Of a DNA stretch of 64,000 nucleotides, positions 19,364 to 27,523 are shown in pieces (the stretch's first letter is position 1; each line of letters opens with the position of its first letter). The position numbers and the translations under genes are program-made. The stretch covers positions 395,805 to 459,804 of the forward strand of contig DAOKYO010000001.1 of the NCBI GenBank assembly GCA_035326105.1, given 5' to 3'. The stretch is from Bacilli bacterium. Lineage in GTDB: Bacteria; Bacillota_I; Bacilli_A; RFN20; CAG-826. The notes beneath the pieces were generated by a model that was not told the DNA's origin, did no database searches, and worked only from the letters and a program-made list of their open reading frames with translations.

Positions 19364-19386
19364 GAGCGGCCTGACCGCTCTTTTTT
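19364..19386. terminator. Terminator hairpin GAGCGG-CCTGA-CCGCTC plus T6 between convergent genes
   Basis: Perfect 6-bp GC-rich stem with a T-run on the plus strand; the stop codon of the minus-strand gene lies inside the T-run. Confidence 0.65.
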
Positions 19387-20080
19387 ATATTTTAAAAGAA
19401 TCAGCAGGAAGTTTTCGATAATCAAAAAGAAGAATAAAACTAACAATTAGCGGAATAGAACTGATCATGATGGCTTTTACATCAAGCCATTGAATAAAGT
19501 AATAAGCAATCACCGCGCCGATAACAAAAATAAGGACGATAAGAAAATAAATAAACCCCTCATTTAATGATTTTTTACTTTTGGTAAACCCATAGTCGCA
19601 AAAGGACTGGGTGGCGCTTCTTAAATTGCCGATACACATGGTGGTGGCAATGCCGGTCCCATTGACTTTGCGGAAACTCTCCACCTGTTCGCCACAGGCA
19701 AAAGAAATCAAACTATTGGCAATTAAATTTTCACTTTTAGGAATGAACGCGACTCCAATAAGAATTATTATTTCAATTAAAAGCGTCAGCTGGCGCCAAT
19801 GAAAATGGTCGCTGTTTTTGAACGCGTGGCGTATTATCTCGGATAGAGCGATGCCGAGGGCAAAAGCCAATATTGGAAACAGGTAGTGCGTGGCAATCGA
19901 GAAGTTACCAGTCGATAAATTTATTCCGAGCAAAAGAAGGTTTCCCGTCTGCGCGTTGGCAAAGACGTGGTCGCGAACTAGATATGAATAAGCATCCATA
20001 AATCCGCCCGAGAGGGTTAAGAAAATAGCGACGATCAACGATTCTGATATTTGCCGGCGGTTGCCAATTGCATTTTCCAT
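19385..20080 (-). CDS. YoaK/DUF1275 family membrane protein
   Basis: GGFMDAYSYL...FANAQTGNLLLL, signature of the DUF1275 (YoaK) family; 6 predicted TM segments. Confidence 0.7.
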   Translation of the reverse strand: MENAIGNRRQISESLIVAIFLTLSGGFMDAYSYLVRDHVFANAQTGNLLLLGINLSTGNFSIATHYLFPILAFALGIALSEIIRHAFKNSDHFHWRQLTLLIEIIILIGVAFIPKSENLIANSLISFACGEQVESFRKVNGTGIATTMCIGNLRSATQSFCDYGFTKSKKSLNEGFIYFLIVLIFVIGAVIAYYFIQWLDVKAIMISSIPLIVSFILLFDYRKLPADSFKI

Positions 20081-20166
20081 ACCAGGAGTATTTTACTCTA
20101 TTGAATTTATTTTTCCATCCTTTAAACAGCTTTTTTACTAATTGTTAAGATAGCGCTTTATTTTAA

Positions 20167-20195
20167 TTGACATTGATTATCGATAGTGATAAAAC
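20167..20195 (+). promoter_or_regulatory. Promoter TTGACA-17nt-TAAAAC (TG-extended) for the MarR/ABC exporter operon
   Basis: TTGACA at 20167-20172; TG at 20187-20188 followed by TAAAAC. Confidence 0.4.
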
Positions 20196-20209
20196 GTTAG
20201 CATGCTAAC
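20196..20209 (+). promoter_or_regulatory. Perfect 14-bp palindrome GTTAGCATGCTAAC, candidate MarR operator
   Basis: Self-complementary sequence between the -10 box and the RBS of the MarR gene. Confidence 0.45.
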
Positions 20210-20227
20210 AAAATTAGGAGGCAAATT

Positions 20228-20653
20228 ATGGAACGATCAATTGGATTAGAAATGAGAAATATTGGCAATCTTGTTAAAAGAAGAGTTGCCAGTGAAGCCG
20301 CGATAGACTTTCATAAAACAACCGCAGTTCATGGCCTGATTATTCATTACATTGCCAATAATCATGGTCACGAAGTATATCAGCGCGATTTTGAAAAGAA
20401 ATTTTCAATGCGCCGTTCAACCATTTCTCGAATGTTGGCTTTGATGGAAAGTAACGGAATGATTGAGCGCATTCCTTCAAAAAGTGATGCTCGGCAAAAG
20501 CAGATTGTTCTCACACAGAAGGCGATGGATAAGCATCTATTGATCGAGAACATTCTTCACGAGATTGAAGGCAGTATGCGCCGTGGAATCAGTGATGAAG
20601 AAATGAATTGCTTTTTTGCCACAATCGATAAAATTAAGGCTAATTTGGAATAA
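20228..20653 (+). CDS. MarR family transcriptional regulator
   Basis: 141 aa with a winged HTH (RRSTISRMLALMESNGMIERIPSKSDARQKQIVLT); RBS AGGAGG. Confidence 0.8.
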   Translation: MERSIGLEMRNIGNLVKRRVASEAAIDFHKTTAVHGLIIHYIANNHGHEVYQRDFEKKFSMRRSTISRMLALMESNGMIERIPSKSDARQKQIVLTQKAMDKHLLIENILHEIEGSMRRGISDEEMNCFFATIDKIKANLE

Positions 20654-20681
20654 TTTTTTTTGAAAGATACAGGAGACCTTT

Positions 20682-22451
20682 ATGGTAAGAATTTTTAAGT
20701 ATTTAAGAATAAAAGAATGGTTGGCCATTCTTGTCAGTGTCGGCTTTATCTTTGCGCAGGTTTGGCTTGACTTAAAATTGCCTGAATATATGCAGGAAAT
20801 AACCACCCTGGTCGAGACCGAAGGTAGTGCGATGAAGGATATCCTCATTCAAGGTGGATATATGCTTCTATGCGCGATTGGAAGTGTCATCGCGGCGGTA
20901 GCAATCGGCTTTTTATCATCATTCGTTGCCGCAACGATGGCAATGCGTTTGAGAGGTGAAGTATTTAACAAGACTATTTCTTTTTCTATGGAGGAAATAA
21001 ACAATTTTTCGACAGCCAGTCTCATTACTCGTTCCACTAACGATATTACGCAAATTCAAATGTTTATCGGAATGGGACTCCAGTTTATTGTTCGGGCGCC
21101 GATCATGGCCGTATGGGCAATTATCAAAATACACAACAAGAGTTGGGAATGGACTTTATCTACGGCAATCGGCGTTGTTATTTTGGTCTCGATGCTAAGC
21201 GTTATCATTATTTTTGCGGTGCCAAAGTTCAAGATCATCCAAAATTTGACCGATAGCTTAAATCGGGTCACCCGCGAAAATCTGTCGGGTTTAAGAGTGG
21301 TTAGAGCCTATAATGCTGAAAATTATCAAGAAAATAAATTTGATAGTGCAAATATTAAACTTACAAAAACCAATCTCTTTACGAACCGGTTGATGGCAAT
21401 TATTCAACCAACGATGACAATCATTTCTTCCGGTTTATCGGTAGCCATATATTGGATAGGGGCAATTCTCATTAACAACGCTCCATTTAGCAATCGCATT
21501 CAAGTATTCTCCGATATGATAGTTTTCTCTTCCTACGCGATGCAGGTCATCATGTCCTTTATGATGCTGACGATGATATTCATTATGCTGCCTCGGGCGA
21601 GCGTTTCGGCTAAGCGGATTATGGCGGTCTTAGATACCAAGCCGCGAATTGTTGATGGCAAAGAGAATAGTATAGTCAGCGATTCTAGCGGGGAAGTTGA
21701 ATTTCGCGATGTATCTTTTTGCTACCCCGATGCCGCGGATAATGTTTTGGAAAACATTAACTTTACGCTTCATCAAGGGGAAAGTTTAGCGATTATCGGC
21801 GCCACCGGAAGTGGAAAGAGCACGCTTGTTAATCTTTTACCGCGCTTCTATGATGCAACGCAAGGGGAAATCCTTATTGACGGAATTAATGTCAAGGATT
21901 ACTCGCAGGAAGCTCTTCATCAAAAAATCGGATATGTATCCCAGAAAGCTATCTTATTCAGCGGCACAATCGCTTCCAATGTTATCTATGGTTCTAAAAC
22001 CGATATTAGCGCAGAACAAGAAAAAGATGACATCCTTCAGGCATTGAAAGTGGCTCAGGCGGAAGATTTTGTTTACCGACTTCCCAAACAGGAGTTGGCA
22101 CCGGTTGCTCAAGGAGGGTCCAATTTTAGCGGAGGACAAAAGCAGCGTATTTCAATTGCGCGCGCGATCTACAAAAAGCCGGAAATATATGTGTTTGATG
22201 ATTCCTTTTCGGCGCTTGATTATAAGACCGATAAACTACTGCGCGAAGCTTTAAGCAAGTATTCGCGGGGAGTGACAAGCATCATCGTCGCTCAACGGAT
22301 TGGTACCATCAAGGATGCCGATCATATTCTTGTCCTTGATGAAGGGAAAATTGTCGGCTATGGAAAGCACCAAGAATTGCTGGCAAATTGTGAAGTCTAT
22401 CGAGAGATAGCTTTGTCTCAGCTTACCCAGGAGGAATTGAAGCATGAGTGA
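20682..22451 (+). CDS. ABC exporter permease/ATPase fusion, subunit with degenerate nucleotide-binding site (heterodimeric LmrCD/BmrCD type)
   Basis: 6-TM domain plus NBD. Walker A GATGSGKST; signature FSGGQKQR; Walker B IYVFDDSF with Asp replacing the catalytic Glu; H-loop position is Gln (IVAQRIG). Confidence 0.8.
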   Translation: MVRIFKYLRIKEWLAILVSVGFIFAQVWLDLKLPEYMQEITTLVETEGSAMKDILIQGGYMLLCAIGSVIAAVAIGFLSSFVAATMAMRLRGEVFNKTISFSMEEINNFSTASLITRSTNDITQIQMFIGMGLQFIVRAPIMAVWAIIKIHNKSWEWTLSTAIGVVILVSMLSVIIIFAVPKFKIIQNLTDSLNRVTRENLSGLRVVRAYNAENYQENKFDSANIKLTKTNLFTNRLMAIIQPTMTIISSGLSVAIYWIGAILINNAPFSNRIQVFSDMIVFSSYAMQVIMSFMMLTMIFIMLPRASVSAKRIMAVLDTKPRIVDGKENSIVSDSSGEVEFRDVSFCYPDAADNVLENINFTLHQGESLAIIGATGSGKSTLVNLLPRFYDATQGEILIDGINVKDYSQEALHQKIGYVSQKAILFSGTIASNVIYGSKTDISAEQEKDDILQALKVAQAEDFVYRLPKQELAPVAQGGSNFSGGQKQRISIARAIYKKPEIYVFDDSFSALDYKTDKLLREALSKYSRGVTSIIVAQRIGTIKDADHILVLDEGKIVGYGKHQELLANCEVYREIALSQLTQEELKHE

Positions 22452-24300
22452 TAGTAAAGAAAAAGTGTCAGGGGCCACTTATAAGAATAATTCTAAGATG
22501 AGAATGGGAGGACGTGTTGGACACGGGGGCTTTGCTCCCGGCGAAAAGGCCAAAGATTTTAAAGGCTCGGTTAGTAAGTTGCTTGCCTATGGCAAAAGCT
22601 TCGTAATCTTTGGAGTGATTGCTATCATTTTAGCAATAAGCGGCACCACACTGAACATTATCGGTCCACAAAAAATCGGTGACATCACCAATTATATTGT
22701 CAATGGAATCACCGGAACCATCAATTTACCCGAAATCAAAAAACTATCTATCTTTCTTATTGTTATCTATGGTCTAGGCTTTATTTTCAATTATATTCAA
22801 AGTTATATTATGGCGACGATTGCCCAACGCCTCTCTTATAAACTAAGACGGGACATTGATCATAAAATTAATCGCCTTCCTCTCAAGTATTTTGATAATA
22901 ATTCTTACGGAGATGTCTTAAGTCGGGTAACCAATGATGTGGATACGATTGCCCAAACTTTAAACCAAAGTTTAGGGACCTTGGTTAGTGCCATAACCAT
23001 GTTTTTTGGTTCACTTATTATGATGTTTCTTACCAATTATATTATGGCTTTTGCGGCGGTGGCGTCCACTTTAATCGGTTTCTTATTAATGATAATCATC
23101 ATTAGAAAATCACAAAAGTACTTTCTCAATCAGCAAAACGGACTTGGAGCGATAAACGGTCATATAGAAGAAGTATACTCCGGACACACGGTAGTCAAGG
23201 CCTATAACGGAGAAAAGGCTGCGATGCAAACTTTCAATCGCATGAATGACGATTTGTTTATCAATGCTTGGCGGTCGCAATTTCTTTCCGGACTGATGAT
23301 GCCTATCATGCAGTTTATCGGTAACTTCGGCTACGTCGTAGTCTCCATAGTGGGAGCTTTGCTAGCCATTAACGGAAAAATACAATTTGGAGTGATAGCT
23401 TCATTTATGTTATATGTCCGTTTATTCACTCAACCCATGTCGCAATTTGCTCAGGCCGCGAACCGTATTCAATCAGGAGCGGCGGCTTCAGAAAGAGTCT
23501 TCAGTTTTCTTGATGAATCCGAATTGAGTGCTGAACAGGACAAAGCAAATACTCTTAAGGAAGTCAAAGGTGACGTTGAGTTTGATCATGTCAAATTTGG
23601 TTACGACAGTGACAAGGTGATTATTCCCGACTTTTCCATGAAAGCCAAAGCCGGACAAAAGATAGCCATCGTCGGTCCTACCGGTGCCGGTAAAACAACT
23701 TTGGTCAACCTTTTAATGCGCTTTTATGAAGTTCAAGATGGGCAAATTAAAATTGATGGAACTTCCACTTTAGATGTACCGCGGGAAAATGTTCATGACC
23801 AATTCTGTATGGTTCTGCAGGATACGTGGCTCTTTGAAGGAACCATCAAGGAAAATATCGCTTATAGCCGAAAAGGAGTAACGGATGAGATGGTTAAAGA
23901 AGCCTGCAAAGTGGCGGGAATCGACTTCTTTATTCGAACGCTTCCTAACGGCTATGATACCATTTTGACGGACAAATTGAATCTATCCGCTGGTCAAAAA
24001 CAATTGATGACCATTGCCCGGGCGATGATTGTGGATGCGCCCTTATTAATTTTGGATGAGGCCACGAGTTCGGTTGATACCAGAACCGAAATAATAATTC
24101 AAAAAGCGATGGATCGACTTATGCACGGGCGGACAAGTTTTGTCATTGCCCACCGCTTGTCGACTATTAAAAATGCCGATCTAATATTGGTTTTAAAGGA
24201 TGGTAACGTAGTTGAAAGTGGAACCCATATCGAACTATTGGCTAAAAATGGTTTTTATGCCGATTTGTATAATAGCCAATTTGATGCTATGAATGAATAG
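22444..24300 (+). CDS. ABC exporter permease/ATPase fusion, canonical-site partner subunit
   Basis: Walker A GPTGAGKTT; Walker B LLILDEATS; H-loop IAHRLST; signature LSAGQKQ is non-canonical. The start overlaps the previous gene, indicating translational coupling. Confidence 0.8.
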   Translation: MSDSKEKVSGATYKNNSKMRMGGRVGHGGFAPGEKAKDFKGSVSKLLAYGKSFVIFGVIAIILAISGTTLNIIGPQKIGDITNYIVNGITGTINLPEIKKLSIFLIVIYGLGFIFNYIQSYIMATIAQRLSYKLRRDIDHKINRLPLKYFDNNSYGDVLSRVTNDVDTIAQTLNQSLGTLVSAITMFFGSLIMMFLTNYIMAFAAVASTLIGFLLMIIIIRKSQKYFLNQQNGLGAINGHIEEVYSGHTVVKAYNGEKAAMQTFNRMNDDLFINAWRSQFLSGLMMPIMQFIGNFGYVVVSIVGALLAINGKIQFGVIASFMLYVRLFTQPMSQFAQAANRIQSGAAASERVFSFLDESELSAEQDKANTLKEVKGDVEFDHVKFGYDSDKVIIPDFSMKAKAGQKIAIVGPTGAGKTTLVNLLMRFYEVQDGQIKIDGTSTLDVPRENVHDQFCMVLQDTWLFEGTIKENIAYSRKGVTDEMVKEACKVAGIDFFIRTLPNGYDTILTDKLNLSAGQKQLMTIARAMIVDAPLLILDEATSSVDTRTEIIIQKAMDRLMHGRTSFVIAHRLSTIKNADLILVLKDGNVVESGTHIELLAKNGFYADLYNSQFDAMNE

Positions 24301-24323
24301 TAAGTAATTTACTGTAAAAAGCA

Positions 24324-24351
24324 TTGACTTATTAACCGCTGCCGATAGAAT
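24324..24351 (+). promoter_or_regulatory. Promoter TTGACT-16nt-TAGAAT driving the T-box leader
   Basis: Near-consensus hexamers about 300 nt upstream of the ORF start. Confidence 0.5.
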
Positions 24352-24357
24352 ATAGTT

Positions 24358-24625
24358 AACCAAATATTAAAAGACGCTGATGAAGAGAAAAGTTTTAAAT
24401 CTAAATTTAGAGAGTCCAGTCGCGGTGCAAATGGAAATTAGATTGAAACAAAATATACACTTCGGAGTCGGAGGCTGAAACTAGTAGGCACTCCCGGTAG
24501 TTGTCCGTTAAAACGACTAGAGTTGTTGGACTCGATAAGTGATGGCTATGGCCATAATTAGGGTGGTACCGCGGAATATCTGAACGATTTTCGTCCCTGT
24601 GAAAGCAAGGAGAAAATCGTTTTTT
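24358..24625 (+). promoter_or_regulatory. T-box riboswitch leader (tRNA-sensing transcription antiterminator)
   Basis: AGAGA motif at 24384-24388; F-box CCGTTA at 24505-24510; Stem III hairpin ATGGC/GCCAT at 24541-24556; canonical T-box sequence AATTAGGGTGGTACCGCGG at 24556-24574; terminator CGATTTTC...GAAAATCG plus T6 at 24585-24625 whose 5' arm can alternatively pair with the T-box sequence. Confidence 0.8.
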
Positions 24626-24654
24626 ATTTTCTCCCGTTTAGAAAGGAGAACTAT

Positions 24655-26106
24655 ATGTTCCACATTGCCAGATTTAAAGCCGAGCCGTTTCCGTTAGAAA
24701 TGCACAAAGTACGAGTTGTTCAGAAATTAAATTTACTTCCGATTGATGAACGATTACAAGCGATTCAAGAAGCCGGGAATAACACTTTTCTTTTAAGAAA
24801 TCGCGATGTCTTTCTTGATATGCTAACCGATAGTGGAACCAACGCGATGAGCGATCGGCAAATTGCCTCAATGTCCATCGCCGATGATTCTTATGCCGGA
24901 AGCGAGACATTCTTTCGCTTAGAGAAAGTTCTGCAAGATTTTTTCGGCATGAAGTTTTTTCTTCCTGCCCATCAAGGGAGGGCTTGTGAGCATATCATAG
25001 CCAAGGTATTTGTTAAGCCGAACGATGTCGTTCCGATGAACTACCATTTTACCACGACCAAAGCCCATATTATGGAATGCGGAGGAAGGGTGGAAGAGTG
25101 TTTCTTTGATAAGGCCATTATTCCGGAAAGCGAAAATCCATTTAAGGGCGATATGGATCTGGAGAAATTAAAAGCTCTCATCGGTCGCGTTGGTAAAGAC
25201 AGGATACCTTTTGTGCGCTTAGAGATGGGAACAAATCTCATCGGCGGGCAACCGGTTTCACTGCATAACATCAAAGAGGTCGGCGAATTTTGCCATCAAA
25301 ATAATATAATGCTGGTAATTGATGCTTCCCTTTTATCGGATAATCTTTTCTTTATTAAAACCCGGGAAGCGATAGCGGAGAATATGAGTATTCATGATAT
25401 TGTTCTGGCTATAGCCAAGACTGCCGATATCATCTATTTCTCCGGAAGAAAACTCGGAAGTGCCCGCGGTGGTGGCATTATTACTCCGCACCAAGAACTT
25501 TTCGATAAAATGAAGAATCTTATTCCACTATTTGAAGGATTTCTTACTTACGGAGGGATGTCGGTCCGGGAAATGGAGGCTTTGGCTGTGGGAATCGAAG
25601 AGACACTGGATATTGATATGATATCTCAGGGTCCGGAGTTTATCGCGGCATTTGGGCAGATGCTCCAAAAAAATGGCATCCCGGTTATTACTCCATTTGG
25701 GGGATTAGGATTACATCTTAACGCGCGGGCATTTATTCCCCATGTTAAATCGGAAGAATATCCGGCGGGAGCATTAGCCGCGGCAATATATATTGTCAGT
25801 GGCGCCCGCGGGATGGAGCGGGGGACGATATCAGAAACGCGCAATGCCGATGGCAGTGAGCATCCGGCTAGCATGGAACTTGTGCGTCTAGCCCTTCCGC
25901 GGCGAGTATTTACTCTTTCGCAAATAACCTTTATTGCCGATCGTTTAAATTGGCTTTTTGAAAATCGCAATCTTATCGGCGGACTGCATTTTGTGGAGGA
26001 ACCAAAAGTTATGCGTTTCTTTATTGGTCGTTTAAAGGAAAATGGCGATTGGCAAGAAAAACTGAAAGAAAAGTTCATCGAAGATTTTGGTATCGATGCC
26101 CTATAA
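24655..26106 (+). CDS. Tryptophanase / tyrosine phenol-lyase family PLP-dependent beta-eliminating lyase
   Basis: Alignable with E. coli TnaA along its length (FLLRNRDVFLDMLTDSGTNAMSD, FFLPAHQGRACEHI, GGQPVSLHNIKEV, FEGFLTYGGMSVREMEALAVG; PLP-Lys region SGRKLGSARGG). RBS AAGGAG. Confidence 0.8.
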   Translation: MFHIARFKAEPFPLEMHKVRVVQKLNLLPIDERLQAIQEAGNNTFLLRNRDVFLDMLTDSGTNAMSDRQIASMSIADDSYAGSETFFRLEKVLQDFFGMKFFLPAHQGRACEHIIAKVFVKPNDVVPMNYHFTTTKAHIMECGGRVEECFFDKAIIPESENPFKGDMDLEKLKALIGRVGKDRIPFVRLEMGTNLIGGQPVSLHNIKEVGEFCHQNNIMLVIDASLLSDNLFFIKTREAIAENMSIHDIVLAIAKTADIIYFSGRKLGSARGGGIITPHQELFDKMKNLIPLFEGFLTYGGMSVREMEALAVGIEETLDIDMISQGPEFIAAFGQMLQKNGIPVITPFGGLGLHLNARAFIPHVKSEEYPAGALAAAIYIVSGARGMERGTISETRNADGSEHPASMELVRLALPRRVFTLSQITFIADRLNWLFENRNLIGGLHFVEEPKVMRFFIGRLKENGDWQEKLKEKFIEDFGIDAL

Positions 26107-26116
26107 AATATGAAAA

Positions 26117-26144
26117 AGGACACACATATGCGTGTCCTTATTTT
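26117..26144. terminator. Bidirectional terminator hairpin (AGGACACAC-ATAT-GCGTGTCCT) between convergent genes
   Basis: Near-perfect 9-bp stem flanked by an A-run on the 5' side and a T-run on the 3' side. Confidence 0.6.
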
Positions 26145-27037
26145 ATAAACGTAAAACGATTACGACCTTTATTTTTGCTCTCATACATCCCTTGATCGGC
26201 CCGTCGTGTGATCGACTCCTCGTCATCATTTTTTTGGGCAATGGTAATGCCGACGGAAATAGTGACCGATATATTGTTACCATGGTCAACAAAATTGGAA
26301 TTTTTGACTAAAGTAATGGCATGACTGGCAATTTCTTCTAACTCACGGGGGGAATGGCAACCGGAGATAACCATAAATTCCTCTCCTCCCCATCGACCGA
26401 TAAAGGTCGGCTCAGTGAATATATCTGAAAGCGTGGTGGCAACCATTTTTAGTACTTTATCGCCCGTATCATGGCCATATGTATCATTAATCGACTTGAA
26501 GTGGTCGATATCAATCATCATAACGGAAAAGGAAAGATTAAGATCATTATATTGCCGAATAAAATTCTTGAGCGTTGAATCGATATAGCGGCGGTTAGGA
26601 ATACCCGTCAGTTGATCATGGAGGGCCAAATAGGTAAGTTCGTCAATCTTGGAGACGGGGATATTGTCACTGTTATGAACAAAAAACTCGAATGCACCGA
26701 CAATTTCGCCATTTACTATCAACGGAACCGTACGGATAGTAACCGCGACACGATGCCCCTTTTTATGATGAAGATAGACCTTAGCTTCTCGACGAATACC
26801 ATCATTCATTGTTTTGGATAGAGGACAGGCCGTTGTACATAGGCATATCCCTTCTTCATCAACGTGGTTTAAAATGTTATCAAAACAGTGGTAGTTGACC
26901 ACTTCCTTTTCTCCGTAACCGGAAATTTTTTCCGCTTCTTTATTCCAATACAAAATTTTACGGTCCTTATCAACGTAATAGACTCCATCATAACTTGTAT
27001 CCAAAATTTTGGCATACTCATCGATTTTTTCTTTCAT
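26138..27037 (-). CDS. PAS-domain diguanylate cyclase (GGDEF)
   Basis: N-terminal PAS (YYVDKDRKILYWNKEAEKISGY); GGDEF catalytic motif RWGGEEFMVI. Confidence 0.85.
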   Translation of the reverse strand: MKEKIDEYAKILDTSYDGVYYVDKDRKILYWNKEAEKISGYGEKEVVNYHCFDNILNHVDEEGICLCTTACPLSKTMNDGIRREAKVYLHHKKGHRVAVTIRTVPLIVNGEIVGAFEFFVHNSDNIPVSKIDELTYLALHDQLTGIPNRRYIDSTLKNFIRQYNDLNLSFSVMMIDIDHFKSINDTYGHDTGDKVLKMVATTLSDIFTEPTFIGRWGGEEFMVISGCHSPRELEEIASHAITLVKNSNFVDHGNNISVTISVGITIAQKNDDEESITRRADQGMYESKNKGRNRFTFIK

Positions 27038-27523
27038 TGGTTCTCCCGGAAAGGTAAGACATTTATTCTGCCTGATTAAATGGACTCAAAAGACATTAAA
27101 ACAAAAACCATCCAGGATGATTATACACAAGTGTCGATTAAAAATGCGAGCGATTAACACTAAGCAACTTAAAAATTAAGTAAAAGTATAATTTATTCAA
27201 TAAAAGCATTCTCTTTTTATTTTATTAAGAAATAACTTATATTATGAGTAGCAATAGCTTCTTAAAAAATATATTAATAATTGATAAAACATATACTCTG
27301 GGATGTAGGTAAAGAAGAAAATTTGCTATCGCTTGTTATCATTGGGGAACGAACTTTTTATCCGGGCAAAAAATAATCAGTTTTCATCGGTCGTTTCTAA
27401 CTTTTAATCATTTATGCTATCATATTATTTGTCAGGATGAAGCTTTAAGTGGAACCAGTAATAACAACAAATAATTTTATCGATTTGGCGTTGGGGGCGT
27501 TCAAATAAACGAAGGAGTCTTTT

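Noticed and set aside
24527-24530. Second UGG-A triplet in the T-box leader as specifier
   Set aside because: It lies downstream of the F-box (Stem II region), not in Stem I. Only the triplets at 24432 and 24456 are positioned where a specifier loop could be.
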